From positions 272,552,001 to 272,616,000 of the forward strand of contig OZ024743.1 in NCBI GenBank assembly GCA_964016885.1: 64,000 bases of DNA, in the 5' to 3' direction. This stretch comes from Eledone cirrhosa. Taxonomy: Eukaryota. Positions 31,801 through 49,000 of the stretch are shown in pieces. Position numbers and translations under genes: made by a program. Within the stretch, counting starts at the first letter, position 1. Each line of letters opens with the position of its first letter. The notes beneath the pieces were generated by a model. That model was given only the letters and a program-made list of their open reading frames with translations, had not been told where the DNA came from and searched no databases.

Positions 31801-34800
31801 CTAAAACAACACGACCATCACAACAACTAAAACAACCACGATCATTACAACAACTAAAACAACACGAACATCACAACTAAAACAAACACGACCATCACAG
31901 CAATTAAAACAACCACGACCATCACAATAATTAAACAACACGACCATCACAACAACTAAAACAACCACCACCATCACAACCACTAAAACAAATACGACCA
32001 TCAGAACAACTAAAACAACCACGACCATCACAACAAAAACAACCACGACCACTACAACAAATGAAATAACCAGGACCACCACAACAACTAAAATAACACG
32101 ACCATCTCAACTACTAAAACCACCACGACCAACACAACTAAAACAACCACGACCTTCACAACTAAAACAACACGACCATCACAACAACTAAAACAACCAC
32201 GACCATCACGACTAAAACAACACGACCATCACAACAAGTAAAACAACACGACCATCACAACAATTAAAAGAACCACGATAATCACAACCATTAAAACAAC
32301 CACGACCTCCAAAACAACTAAAACAACCACGATCATCACAACAACTAAAACAACCACGACCATCACAGCAACTAAAACAACAACGACCATTACAACAACT
32401 AAAAAACCACGACCATCACAACAACTAAAACAACCACGACAATCACAACAAATAAAACAACTACGACCATCACAACTAAAACAACCACGGCATCACAACA
32501 ACTAAAACAACACGACCACCACAACAACTAAAAGAACCACGACCATCACAACAACTAAAACAACCACGACCATCACAACAACTAAAACAACTACGACCAT
32601 CATAACGAAAATAACCACGGCATCACAACAACTAAAACAACACGACCCCCACAACAACTAAAACAACCACGACCATCACAACAACTAAAACAACCACGAC
32701 CATCACAACAACTAAAACAACCAGGACTATCACAACAACTAAAACAACACGACCATCACAGCTAAAACAACCACGACCATCACAACAACTAAACCAACCA
32801 CGACCATCACAACAAGTAAAACAACCACGACCTCCACAACAACTAAAACAACCACGACCATCACGACAACTAAAACAACCACGACCATCACAACAACAAA
32901 AACAACCACGACCATCACGACTAAAACAACACGACCATCACAACAACTAAAACAACACGACCATCACAACAATTAAAAGAACCACGATAATCACAACCAT
33001 TAAAACAACCACGACCTCCAAAACAACTAAAACAACCACGATCATCACAACAACTAAAACAACCACGACCATCACAGCAACTAAAACAACAACGACCATC
33101 ACAACTAAAACAACCACGACCATCACAGCGAAAACAAACACGGCATCACAACACCTAAAACAACCACGATCTCCACAAACAACTAGAACAACCACGACCA
33201 TTACAACAACTAAAAAACCACGACCATCACAACAACTAAAACAACCACGACAATCACAACAAATAAAACAACTACGACCATCACAACTAAAACAACCACG
33301 GTATCACAACAACTAAAACAACACGACCTCCACAACAACTAAAAGAACCACGACCATCACAACAACTAAAACAACCACGACCATCACAACAACTAAAACA
33401 ACTACGACCATCATAACGAAAATAACCACGGCATCACAACAACTAAAACAACACGACCCCCACAACAACTAAAACAACCACGACCATCACAACAACTAAA
33501 ACAACCACGACCATCACAACAACTAAAACAACCAGGACTATCACAACAACTAAAACAACACGACCATCACAGCTAAAACAACCACGACCATCACAACAAC
33601 TAAACCAACCACGACCATCACAACAAGTAAAACAACCACGACCTCCACAACAACTAAAACAACCACGACCATCACGACAACTAAAACAACCACGACCATC
33701 ACAACAACAAAATCAACCACGACCATCACGACTAAAACAACACGACCATCACAACAACTAAAACAACCACGACCATCACGACTAAAACAACACGACCATC
33801 ACAACAAGTAAAACAACACGACCATCACAACAATTAAAAGAACCACGATAATCACAACCATTAAAACAACCACGACCTCCAAAACAACTAAAACAACCAC
33901 GATCATCACAACAACTAAAACAACCACGACCATCACAGCAACTAAAACAACAACGACCATTACAACAACTAAAAAACCACGACCATCACAACAACTAAAA
34001 CAACCACGACAATCACAACAAATAAAACAACTACGACCATCACAACTAAAACAACCACGGCATCACAACAACTAAAACAACACGACCACCACAACAACTA
34101 AAAGAACCACGACCATCACAACAACTAAAACAACCACGACCATCACAACAACTAAAACAACTACGACCATCATAACGAAAATAACCACGGCATCACAACA
34201 ACTAAAACAACACGACCCCCACAACAACTAAAACAACCACGACCATCACAACAACTAAAACAACCACGACCATCACAACAACTAAAACAACCAGGACTAT
34301 CACAACAACTAAAACAACACGACCATCACAGCTAAAACAACCACGACCATCACAACAACTAAACCAACCACGACCATCACAACAAGTAAAACAACCACGA
34401 CCTCCACAACAACTAAAACAACCACGACCATCACGACAACTAAAACAACCACGACCATCACAACAACAAAAACAACCACGACCATCACGACTAAAACAAC
34501 ACGACCATCACAACAACTAAAACAACACGACCATCACAACAATTAAAAGAACCACGATAATCACAACCATTAAAACAACCACGACCTCCAAAACACCTAA
34601 AACAACCACGATCATCACAACAACTAAAACAACCACGACCATCACAGCAACTAAAACAACAACGACCATCACAACTAAAACAACCACGACCATCACAGCG
34701 AAAACAAACACGGCATCACAACACCTAAAACAACCACGATCTCCACAAACAACTAGAACAACCACGACCATTACAACAACTAAAAAACCACGACCATCAC

Positions 34801-37800
34801 AACAACTAAAACAACCACGACAATCACAACAAATAAAACAACTACGACCATCACAACTAAAACAACCACGGCATCACAACAACTAAAACAACACGACCTC
34901 CACAACAACTAAAAGAACCACGACCATCACAACAACTAAAACAACCACGACCATCACAACAACTAAAACAACTACGAACATCATAACGAAAATAACCACG
35001 GCATCACAACAACTAAAACAACACGACCCCCACAACAACTAAAACAACCACGACCATCACAACAACTAAAACAACCACGACCATCACAACAACTAAAACA
35101 ACCAGGACTATCACAACAACTAAAACAACACGACCATCACAGCTAAAACAACCACGACCATCACAACAACTAAACCAACCACGACCATCACAACAAGTAA
35201 AACAACCACGACCTCCACAACAACTAAAACAACCACGATCATCACGACAACTAAAACAACCAAGACCATCACAACAACTAAAACAACCACGACCATAACA
35301 ACTAAAACAACCACGACCATCACAACAACTAAAACAAAGACGACCATCACAACCACTAAAAAAGCCACGACGATCACAACCACTAAAACAACCACGACCA
35401 TCACAACAATTAAAACAACCACGACCATCACAACAACTAAAAGAACAACGACAATCACAACAACTAAAACGACCAAGACCATTACGACAACTAAAAGAAC
35501 CACGACCATCACAGCAACTAAAACAACCACGACCATCACACCAACTAAAACAACCACGACCATCTCAACAACTAAAACCACCACGACCATCACAACACTA
35601 AAACAACACGACCAACACAACTAAAACAACCACGACCTTCACAACTAAAACAACACGACCATCACAACAACTAAAACAACCACGACCATCACGACTAAAA
35701 CAACACGACCATCACAACAACTAAAACAAAAACGACCATCACAACCACTAAAACAACCACGACCATCACAATAACTAAAACAAGCACGACCATCATAACA
35801 ACTAAAACAACCACGACCATCACAACAACTAAAACAACCACGACCATCACAACTAAAACAACCCGACCATCACAACAACTAAAACAACCACGACCATCAT
35901 AACAACTAAAACAACACGACCATCACAACAACTAAAACAACACGACCATCACAACAACTAAAACAACCACGATCATTACAACAACTAAAACAACACGAAC
36001 ATCACAACTAAAACAAACACGACCATCACAGCAATTAAAACAACCACGACCATCACAATAATTAAACAACACGACCATCACAACAACTAAAACAACCACC
36101 ACCATCACAACCACTAAAACAAATACGACCATCAGAACAACTAAAACAACCACGACCATCACAACAAAAACAACCACGACCACTACAACAAATGAAATAA
36201 CCAGGACCACCACAACAACTAAAATAACACGACCATCTCAACTACTAAAACCACCACGACCAACACAACTAAAACAACCACGACCTTCACAACGAAAACA
36301 ACACGACCATCACAACAACTAAAACAACCACGACCATCACGACTAAAACAACACGACCATCACAACAACTAAAACAACACGACCATCACAACAATTAAAA
36401 GAACCACGATAATCACAACCATTAAAACAACCACGACCTCCAAAACAACTAAAACAACCACGATCATCACAACAACTAAAACAACCACGACCATCACAGC
36501 AACTAAAACAACAACGACCATTACAACAACTAAAAAACCACGACCATCACAACAACTAAAACAACCACGACAATCACAACAACTAAAAGAACAACGACAA
36601 TCACAACAACTAAAACGACCAAGACCATTACGACAACTAAAAGAACCACGACCATCACAGCAACTAAAACAACCACGACCATCACACCAACTAAAACAAC
36701 CACGACCATCTCAACAACTAAAACCACCACGACCATCACAACACTAAAACAACACGACCAACACAACTAAAACAACCACGACCTTCACAACTAAAACAAC
36801 ACGACCATCACAACAACTAAAACAACCACGACCATCACGACTAAAACAACACGACCATCACAACAACTAAAACAAAAACGACCATCACAACCACTAAAAC
36901 AACCACGACCATCACAATAACTAAAACAAGCACGACCATCATAACAACTAAAACAACCACGACCATCACAACAACTAAAACAACCACGACCATCACAACT
37001 AAAACAACCCGACCATCACAACAACTAAAACAACCACGACCATCATAACAACTAAAACAACACGACCATCACAACAACTAAAACAACACGACCATCACAA
37101 CAACTAAAACAACCACGATCATTACAACAACTAAAACAACACGAACATCACAACTAAAACAAACACGACCATCACAGCAATTAAAACAACCACGACCATC
37201 ACAATAATTAAACAACACGACCATCACAACAACTAAAACAACCACCACCATCACAACCACTAAAACAAATACGACCATCAGAACAACTAAAACAACCACG
37301 ACCATCACAACAAAAACAACCACGACCACTACAACAAATGAAATAACCAGGACCACCACAACAACTAAAATAACACGACCATCTCAACTACTAAAACCAC
37401 CACGACCAACACAACTAAAACAACCACGACCTTCACAACTAAAACAACACGACCATCACAACAACTAAAACAACCACGACCATCACGACTAAAACAACAC
37501 GACCATCACAACAAGTAAAACAACACGACCATCACAACAATTAAAAGAACCACGATAATCACAACCATTAAAACAACCACGACCTCCAAAACAACTAAAA
37601 CAACCACGATCATCACAACAACTAAAACAACCACGACCATCACAGCAACTAAAACAACAACGACCATTACAACAACTAAAAAACCACGACCATCACAACA
37701 ACTAAAACAACCACGACAATCACAACAAATAAAACAACTACGACCATCACAACTAAAACAACCACGGCATCACAACAACTAAAACAACACGACCACCACA

Positions 37801-40800
37801 ACAACTAAAAGAACCACGACCATCACAACAACTAAAACAACCACGACCATCACAACAACTAAAACAACTACGACCATCATAACGAAAATAACCACGGCGT
37901 CACAACAACTAAAACAACACGACCCCCACAACAACTAAAACAACCACGACCATCACAACAACTAAAACAACCACGACCATCACAACAACTAAAACAACCA
38001 GGACTATCACAACAACTAAAACAACACGACCATCACAGCTAAAACAACCACGACCATCACAACAACTAAACCAACCACGACCATCACAACAAGTAAAACA
38101 ACCACGACCTCCACAACAACTAAAACAACCACGACCATCACGACAACTAAAACAACCACGACCATCACAACAACAAAAACAACCACGACCATCACGACTA
38201 AAACAACACGACCATCACAACAACTAAAACAACACGACCATCACAACAATTAAAAGAACCACGATAATCACAACCATTAAAACAACCACGACCTCCAAAA
38301 CAACTAAAACAACCACGATCATCACAACAACTAAAACAACCACGACCATCACAGCAACTAAAACAACAACGACCATCACAACTAAAACAACCACGACCAT
38401 CACAGCGAAAACAAACACGGCATCACAACACCTAAAACAACCACGATCTCCACAAACAACTAGAACAACCACGACCATTACAACAACTAAAAAACCACGA
38501 CCATCACAACAACTAAAACAACCACGACAATCACAACAAATAAAACAACTACGACCATCACAACTAAAACAACCACGGCATCACAACAACTAAAACAACA
38601 CGACCTCCACAACAACTAAAAGAACCACGACCATCACAACAACTAAAACAACCACGACCATCACAACAACTAAAACAACTACGACCATCATAACGAAAAT
38701 AACCACGGCATCACAACAACTAAAACAACACGACCCCCACAACAACTAAAACAACCACGACCATCACAACAACTAAAACAACCACGACCATCACAACAAC
38801 TAAAACAACCAGGACTATTACAACAACTAAAACAACACGACCATCACAGCTAAAACAACCACGACCATCACAACAACTAAACCAACCACGACCATCACAA
38901 CAAGTAAAACAACCACGACCTCCACAACAACTAAAACAACCACGATCATCACGACAACTAAAACAACCACGACCATCACAACAACTAAAACAACCACGAC
39001 CATAACAACTAAAACAACCACGACCATCACAACAACTAAAACAAAGACGACCATCACAACCACTAAAAAAGCCACGACGATCACAACCACTAAAACAACC
39101 ACGACCATCACAACAATTAAAACAACCACGACCATCACAACAACTAAAAGAACAACGACAATCACAACAACTAAAACGACCAAGACCATTACGACAACTA
39201 AAAGAACCACGACCATCACAGCAACTAAAACAACCACGACCATCACACCAACTAAAACAACCACGACCATCTCAACAACTAAAACCACCACGACCATCAC
39301 AACACTAAAACAACACGACCAACACAACTAAAACAACCACGACCTTCACAACTAAAACAACACGACCATCACAACAACTAAAACAACCACGACCATCACG
39401 ACTAAAACAACACGACCATCACAACAACTAAAACAAAAACGACCATCACAACCACTAAAACAACCACGACCATCACAATAACTAAAACAAGCACGACCAT
39501 CATAACAACTAAAACAACCACGACCATCACAACAACTAAAACAACCACGACCATCACAACTAAAACAACCCGACCATCACAACAACTAAAACAACCACGA
39601 CCATCATAACAACTAAAACAACACGACCATCACAACAACTAAAACAACACGACCATCACAACAACTAAAACAACCACGATCATTACAACAACTAAAACAA
39701 CACGAACATCACAACTAAAACAAACACGACCATCACAGCAATTAAAACAACCACGACCATCACAATAATTAAACAACACGACCATCACAACAACTAAAAC
39801 AACCACCACCATCACAACCACTAAAACAAATACGACCATCAGAACAACTAAAACAACCACGACCATCACAACAAAAACAACCACGACCACTACAACAAAT
39901 GAAATAACCAGGACCACCACAACAACTAAAATAACACGACCATCTCAACTACTAAAACCACCACGACCAACACAACTAAAACAACCACGACCTTCACAAC
40001 TAAAACAACACGACCATCACAACATCTAAAACAACCACGACCATCACGACTAAAACAACACGACCATCACAACAACTAAAACAACACGACCATCACAACA
40101 ATTAAAAGAACCACGATAATCACAACCATTAAAACAACCACGACCTCCAAAACAACTAAAACAACCACGATCATCACAACAACTAAAACAACCACGACCA
40201 TCACAGCAACTAAAACAACAACGACCATTACAACAACTAAAAAACCACGACCATCACAACAACTAAAACAACCACGACAATCACAACAAATAAAACAACT
40301 ACGACCATCACAACTAAAACAACCACGGCATCACAACAACTAAAACAACACGACCACCACAACAACTAAAAGAACCACGACCATCACAACAACTAAAACA
40401 ACCACGACCATCACAACAACTAAAACAACTACGACCATCATAACGAAAATAACCACGGCATCACAACAACTAAAACAACACGACCCCCACAACAACTAAA
40501 ACAACCACGACCATCACAACAACTAAAACAACCACGACCATCACAACAACTAAAACAACCAGGACTATCACAACAACTAAAACAACACGACCATCACAGC
40601 TAAAACAACCACGACCATCACAACAACTAAACCAACCACGACCATCACAACAAGTAAAACAACCACGACCTCCACAACAACTAAAACAACCACGACCATC
40701 ACGACAACTAAAACAACCACGACCATCACAACAACAAAAACAACCACGACCATCACGACTAAAACAACACGACCATCACAACAACTAAAACAACACGACC

Positions 40801-43650
40801 AACACAACAATTAAAAGAATCACGATAATCACAACCATTAAAACAACCACGACCTCCAAAACAACTAAAACAACCACGATCATCACAACAACTAAAACAA
40901 CCACGACCATCACAGCAACTAAAACAACAACGACCATCACAACTAAAACAACCACGACCATCACAGCGAAAACAAACACGGCATCACAACACCTAAAACA
41001 ACCACGATCTCCACAAACAACTAGAACAACCACGACCATTACAACAACTAAAAAACCACGACCATCACAACAACTAAAACAACCACGACAATCACAACAA
41101 ATAAAACAACTACGACCATCACAACTAAAACAACCACGGCATCACAACAACTAAAACAACACGACCTCCACAACAACTAAAAGAACCACGACCATCACAA
41201 CAACTAAAACAACCACGACCATCACAACAACTAAAACAACTACGACCATCATAACGAAAATAACCACGGCATCACAACAACTAAAACAACACGACCCCCA
41301 CAACAACTAAAACAACCACGACCATCACAACAACTAAAACAACCACGACCATCACAACAACTAAAACAACCAGGACTATCACAACAACTAAAACAACACG
41401 ACCATCACAGCTAAAACAACCACGACCATCACAACAACTAAACCAACCACGACCATCACAACAAGTAAAACAACCACGACCTCCACAACAACTAAAACAA
41501 CCACGACCATCACGACAACTAAAACAACCACGACCATCACAACAACTAAAACAACCACGACCATAACAAGTAAAACAACCACGACCATCACAACAACTAA
41601 AACAAAGACGACCATCACAACCACTAAAAAAGCCACGACGATCACAACCACTAAAACAACCACGACCATCACAACAATTAAAACAACCACGACCATCACA
41701 ACAACTAAAAGAACAAGGACAATCACAACAACTAAAACGACCAAGACCATTACGACAACTAAAAGAACCACGACCATCACAGCAACTAAAACAACCACGA
41801 CCATCACACCAACTAAAACAACCACGACCATCTCAACAACTAAAACCACCACGACCATCACAACACTAAAACAACACGACCAACACAACTAAAACAACCA
41901 CGACCTTCACAACTAAAACAACACGACCATCACAACAACTAAAACAACCACGACCATCACGACTAAAACAACACGACCATCACAACAACTAAAACAAAAA
42001 CGACCATCACAACCACTAAAACAACCACGACCATCACAATAACTAAAACAAGCACGACCATCATAACAACTAAAACAACCACGACCATCACAACAACTAA
42101 AACAACCACGACCATCACAACTAAAACAACCCGACCATCACAACAACTAAAACAACCACGACCATCATAACAACTAAAACAACACGACCATCACAACAAC
42201 TAAAACAACACGACCATCACAACAACTAAAACAACCACGATCATTACAACAACTAAAACAACACGAACATCACAACTAAAACAAACACGACCATCACAGC
42301 AATTAAAACAACCACGACCATCACAATAATTAAACAACACGACCATCACAACAACTAAAACAACCACCACCATCACAACCACTAAAACAAATACGACCAT
42401 CAGAACAACTAAAACAACCACGACCATCACAACAAAAACAACCACGACCACTACAACAAATGAAATAACCAGGACCACCACAACAACTAAAATAACACGA
42501 CCATCTCAACTACTAAAACCACCACGACCAACACAACTAAAACAACCACGACCTTCACAACTAAAACAACACGACCATCACAACAACTAAAACAACCACG
42601 ACCATCACGACTAAAACAACACGACCATCACAACAACTAAAACAACACGACCATCACAACAATTAAAAGAACCACGATAATCACAACCATTAAAACAACC
42701 ACGACCTCCAAAACAACTAAAACAACCACGATCATCACAACAACTAAAACAACCACGACCATCACAGCAACTAAAACAACAACGACCATCACAACTAAAA
42801 CAACTACGACCATCACAGCGAAAACAAACACGGCATCACAACACCTAAAACAACCACGATCTCCACAAACAACTAGAACAACCACGACCATTACAACAAC
42901 TACAAAACCACGACCATCACAACAACTAAAACAACCACGACAATCACAACAAATAAAACAACTACGACCATCAAAACTAAAACAACCACGGCATCACAAC
43001 AACTAAAACAACACGACCTCCACAACAACTAAAAGAACCACGACCATCACAACAACTAAAACAACCACGACCATCACAACAAATAAAACAACTACGACCA
43101 TCAAAACTAAAACAACCACGGCATCACAACAACTAAAACAACACGACCTCCACAACAACTAAAACAACCACGACCATCACAACAACTAAAACAACCAGGA
43201 CTATCACAACAACTAAAACAACACGACCATCACAGCTAAAACAACCACGACCATCACAACAACTAAACCAACCACGACCATCACAACAAGTAAAACAACC
43301 ACGACCTCCACAACAACTAAAACAACCACGACCATCACGACAACTAAAACAACCACGACCATCACAACAACTAAAACAACCACGACCATAACAACTAAAA
43401 CAACCACGACCATCACAACAACTAAAACAAAGACGACCATCACAACCACTAAAAAAGCCACGACGATCACAACCACTAAAACAACCACGACCATCACAAC
43501 AATTAAAACAACCACGACCATCACAACAACTAAAAGAACAACGACAATCACAACAACTAAAACACCAAGACCATTACGACAACTAAAAGAACCACGACCA
43601 TCACAGCAACTAAAACAACCACGACCATCACACCATCTAAAACAACCACG
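31430..43650 (+). repeat. Higher-order repeat domain 2: 2561-bp HOR, about five copies with length variants (4131, 1146, 2561, 2561, partial)
   Basis: Private marker ACTACAACAAATGAAATAACCAGG has its ATG at 32061, 36192, 37338, 39899 and 42460 (spacings 4131, 1146, 2561, 2561). ORF pairs 38224/40785 and 38827/41388 also differ by 2561, and 4131 = 2561 + 1570 (32947/34517). Confidence 0.92.
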
Positions 43651-43889
43651 ACCATCACAACAACTAAAACAACACGACTATCACAACAACTAAAAGAACA
43701 ACGACCATCACAACAACTAAAACGACCAGGACCATCACGACAACTAAAACAACCACGACCATCACAGCAACTAAAACAACCACGACCATCACAACAACTA
43801 AAAGAATCACGACCATCATAACAACTAAAACAACCACGACCATCACAACAACTAAAAAAACCACGACCATCACAAATAAAACAACCCGA

Positions 43890-46070
43890 ACATCGCAACA
43901 ACTAAAACAACCACGACCATCACAACTAAAACAAACACCACCATAACAACAACTAAAATAACCAGGACCACCACAACAACTAAAACAACACGACCATCTC
44001 AACAACTAAGACAACCACAACCATCACAACACTAAAACAACACGACCAACACAACTAAAACAACCACGACCATCACAATTAAAACAACACGACCATCACA
44101 ACAACTAAAACAACCACGCCCTCCACAACAATTAAAACAACCACGACCATCACCACAATTAAAAGAACCACGATAATCACAACCATTAAAACAACTACGA
44201 CCATCACAACTAAAATAACCACGGCCTCATAACAACTAAAACAACACGACCTCCACAACAACTAAAACAACCACGACCATCACAACAACTAAAACAACCA
44301 CGACCATCACAACAACTAAGACAACCACGACTATCACAACAACTAAAACAACACGACCATCACAACTAAAACAACCACGATCATCACAACTACTTAAACA
44401 ACCAAGACCATCACAACAACTAAAACAACCACGTCCATAACAACAACTAAAACAACCACGACCATCACAACTAAAGCAACCACGACCATCACAACAACTA
44501 AAACAACCACGACCATCACAACAACTAAAACAACCACGACCTCCACAACAACTAAAACAATCACAACCATCACAAAAACTAAAACAACCACGAACATCAC
44601 AACAACTAAAACAACCACGAACATGATAACTAAAACAACAACGACCATCACAACAACTAAAACAACCACGACCATCACAACCACTAAAAGAACAATGACC
44701 ATCACAACAACTAAAACGACCAGGACCACCACGACAACTAAAAGGACCACGACCATCAAAGCAACTAAAACAACCACGACCATCACAGCAACTAAAACAA
44801 CCACGACCATCACAACAACTAAAACAACCACGACCATCACAACAACTAAAAAAACAACGACCATCACAAATAAAACAACCCGACCATCACAACAACTAAA
44901 ACAACCACGACTATCATAACAACTAAAACAACATGACCATCACAACAACTAAAACAACACGACCATCACAACAATTAAAACTACCACGACCATCACAAAT
45001 AAAACAACCCGACCATCACAACAACTAAAACAACCACGACTATCATAACAACTAAAACAACATGACCATCACAACAACTAAAACAACCACGAACATCGCA
45101 ACAACTAAAACAACCACGACCATCACAACTAAAACAAACACGACCATAACAACTAAAATAACCAGGACCACCACAACAACTAAAACAACACGACCATCTC
45201 AACAACTAAGACAACCACAACCATCACAACACTAAAACAACACGACCAACACAACTAAAACAACCACGACCATCACAATTAAAACAACACGACCATCACA
45301 ACAACTAAAACAACCACGCCCTCCACAACAATTAAAACAACCACGACCATCACCACAATTAAAAGAACCACGATAATCACAACCATTAAAACAACTAAGA
45401 CCATCACAATTAAAATAACCACGGCCTCATAACAACTAAAACAACACGACCTCCACAACAACTAAAACAACCACGACCATCACAACAACTAAAACAACCA
45501 CGACCATCACAACAACTAAGACAACCACGACTATCACAACAACTAAAACAACACGACCATCACAACTAAAACAACCACGATCATCACAACAACTTAAACA
45601 ACCAAGACCATCACAACAACTAAAACAACCACGACCATCACAACTAAAGCAACCACGACCATCACAACAACTAAAACAACCACGACCATCACAACAACTA
45701 AAACAACCACGACCTCCACAACAACTAAAACAACCACAACCATCACAAAAACTAAAACAACCACGAACATCACAACAACTAAAACAACCACGAACATGAC
45801 AACTAAAACAACAACGACCATCACAACAACTAAAACAACCACGACCATCACAACCACTAAAAAAGCCACGACGATCACAACGACTAAAATAAACACGACC
45901 ATCACAACAACTAAAACAATCATGACCATCACAACAACTAAAAGAACAACGACAGTCACAACAACTAAAACGACCAGGACCATCACGACAACTAAAAGAA
46001 CCACGACCATCACAGCAACTAAAACAACTACGACCATCACAGCAACTAAAACAACCACGACCATCACAAC
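43890..46070 (+). repeat. 1200-bp-offset tandem duplication
   Basis: The 60-base lines starting at 43981/45181 and at 44041/45241 are identical. Private variants CACCACAATT and ACGGCCTCATAAC (44221/45421). ORF pairs 44079/45279 and 44394/45594. Confidence 0.88.
44390..44995 (+). repeat. Dispersed copy of ~29090-29695 (offset 15303)
   Basis: ORF pairs 29091/44394 and 29320/44623. Shared private variants GAACATGATAACT, AAGGACCACGACCATCAAAGCA, AATTAAAACTACCACG. Confidence 0.87.
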
Positions 46071-49000
46071 AACTAAACAAGCACGACCATCACAACAACT
46101 AAAACAATCACGACCATCACAACAACTAAAACAACCACGACCATCACAACAACTAAAATAACCAGGACCACCACAACAACTAAAACAATCACGACCATCA
46201 CAACAACTAAAACAACAACGACCATCACAACAACTAAAATAACCACGACCATCACAAATAAAACAACCCGACCATCACAACAACTAAAACAACCACGACC
46301 ATCATAACAACTAAAACAACACGACCATCACAACAACTAAAACAACACGACCATCACAACAACTAAAACAACCATGACCATTACAACAACTAAACAACAC
46401 GAACATCACAACAAAAACAACCAGGACCATCACAATAACTAAACAACACGACCATCACAACAACTAAAACCACCACCACCATCAAAACCACTAAAGCAAC
46501 CACGACCATCACAACTAAAACAACCACGACCATCACAACAACTAAAACCACCACGACCATCATAACAACTAAAACAACACGACCATCACAACAACTAAAA
46601 CAACCACGACCATTACAACAATTAAAACAACCACGACCATCACAATAACTAAACAACACGATCATCACAACAACTAAAACCACCAACACCATCACAACCA
46701 CTAAAACAACCACGACCATTGCAACAACTAAAACAACCACGACCATCACAACTAAAACAACCACGACCATCACAACTAAAACAACCGCGACCATCGCAAC
46801 AACTAAAACAACCCAGACCATCACAACAACTAAAACACCCACGACCAACACAACTAAAATAACCACGACGATCACAACAACTAAAACAACCACGACCCTC
46901 ACAACTAAAACAAACACGACCATTACAACAACTAAAACAACCACGATCATCACAACACCTAAAACAACCAAAACCACCACAACAACTAAAACAACGACGA
47001 CCAATACAACTAAAAGAACCACGACCATCACAGCAATTAAAACAACCACGACCATCACAGCAATTAAAACAACCACGGCCATCACAATAACTAAACAACA
47101 CGACCATCACAACAACTAAAACCACCACCAGCATCACAACCACTAAAACAACCACGACCATCGCAACAACTAAACAACCACGACCATCACAACTAAAACA
47201 ACCGCGACCATCACAACAACTAAAATAACCAGGACCACCACAACAACTAAAACAACCACGACCATCACAACAACTAAAACAACCACGACCATCACAACTA
47301 AAACAAACGCGACCATCGTAACAACTAAAACAACCCAGACCTTCACCACAACTAAAACACCCACGACCATCACAACTAAATCAACCACGATGATCACAAC
47401 AACTAAAACAACCACGACCCTCACAACTAAAACAAACACGACCATCACAACAACTAAAACAACCACGATCATCACAACAACTAAAGCAACCACAACCATC
47501 ACAACAACTGTAACAACAACGATCATCACAACAACTAAAAAACCACGACAATCACAACCACTATAACAACCAAGGCCATCATAACCACTAAAACAACCAC
47601 GACCATCACAACAACGAAAACAACACGACCATCACAACAACTAAAAGAACAACGACCATCACAACATCTAAAACGACCAGGACCATCACGACAACTAAAA
47701 GAACCACGACCATCACAGCAACTAAAACAACCACGACCATCACAGCAACTAAAACAACCACGACCATCACAACAACTAAAACAAGCACGACCATCACAAC
47801 AACTAAAACAATCACGACCATCACAACAACTAAAACAACAACGACCATCACAACAACTAAAATTACCACGACCATCACAAATAAAACAACCCGACCATCA
47901 CAACAACTAAAACAACCACGACCATCATAACAACTAAAACAACACGACCATCACAACAACTAAAACAACACGACCATCACAACAACTAAAACAACCATGA
48001 CCATTACAACAACTAAACAACACGAACATCACAACTAAAACAACCACGACCATCACAATAACTAAACATCACGACCATCACAACAACTAAAACCACCACC
48101 ACCATCAAAACCACTAAAACAACCACGACCATCGCAACAACTAAAACATCCACGACCATCACTGCAACTAAAACAACCACGACCATCACAACAACTAAAA
48201 CAAGCACGACCATCACAACACCTATAACAATCACGACCATCACAACAACTAAAACAACAACGACCATCACAACAACTAAAATAACCACGACCATCACAAA
48301 TAAAACAACCCGACCATCACAACAACTAAAACAACCACAACCATCATAACAACTAAAACAACACGACCATCACAACAACTAAAACAACACGACCATCACA
48401 ACAACTAAAACAACCATGACCATTACAACAACTAAACAACACGAACATCACAACAAAAACAAGCAGGACCATCACAATAACTAAACAACACGACCATCAC
48501 AACAACTAAAACCACCACCACCATCAAAACCACTAAAATAACCACGACCATCACAACTAAAACAACCACGACCATCACAACAACTAAAATAACCAGGACC
48601 ACCACAACAACTAAAACAACAGGACCATCACAACAACTAAAACAGCCACGACCATCACAACACTAGAACAACACGACCAACACAACTAATACAACCACGA
48701 TCATCACAACAACTAAACGAACCACGACCATCACAACAACTAAAACAACCACGACCATCACGACTTAAACAACACGACCATCACAACAACTAAAACAACC
48801 ACGCCCTCCACAACAATTAAAACAACCACGACCATCACAACAATTAAAAGAACCACGATAATCACAACCATTAAAACAACCACGACCTCCACAACAACTA
48901 AAACAACCACGATCATCACAACAACTAAAACAACCACGAACATCACATTAACTAAAACAACCACGACCATGACAACAACTAAAACAACCACGACCATCAC

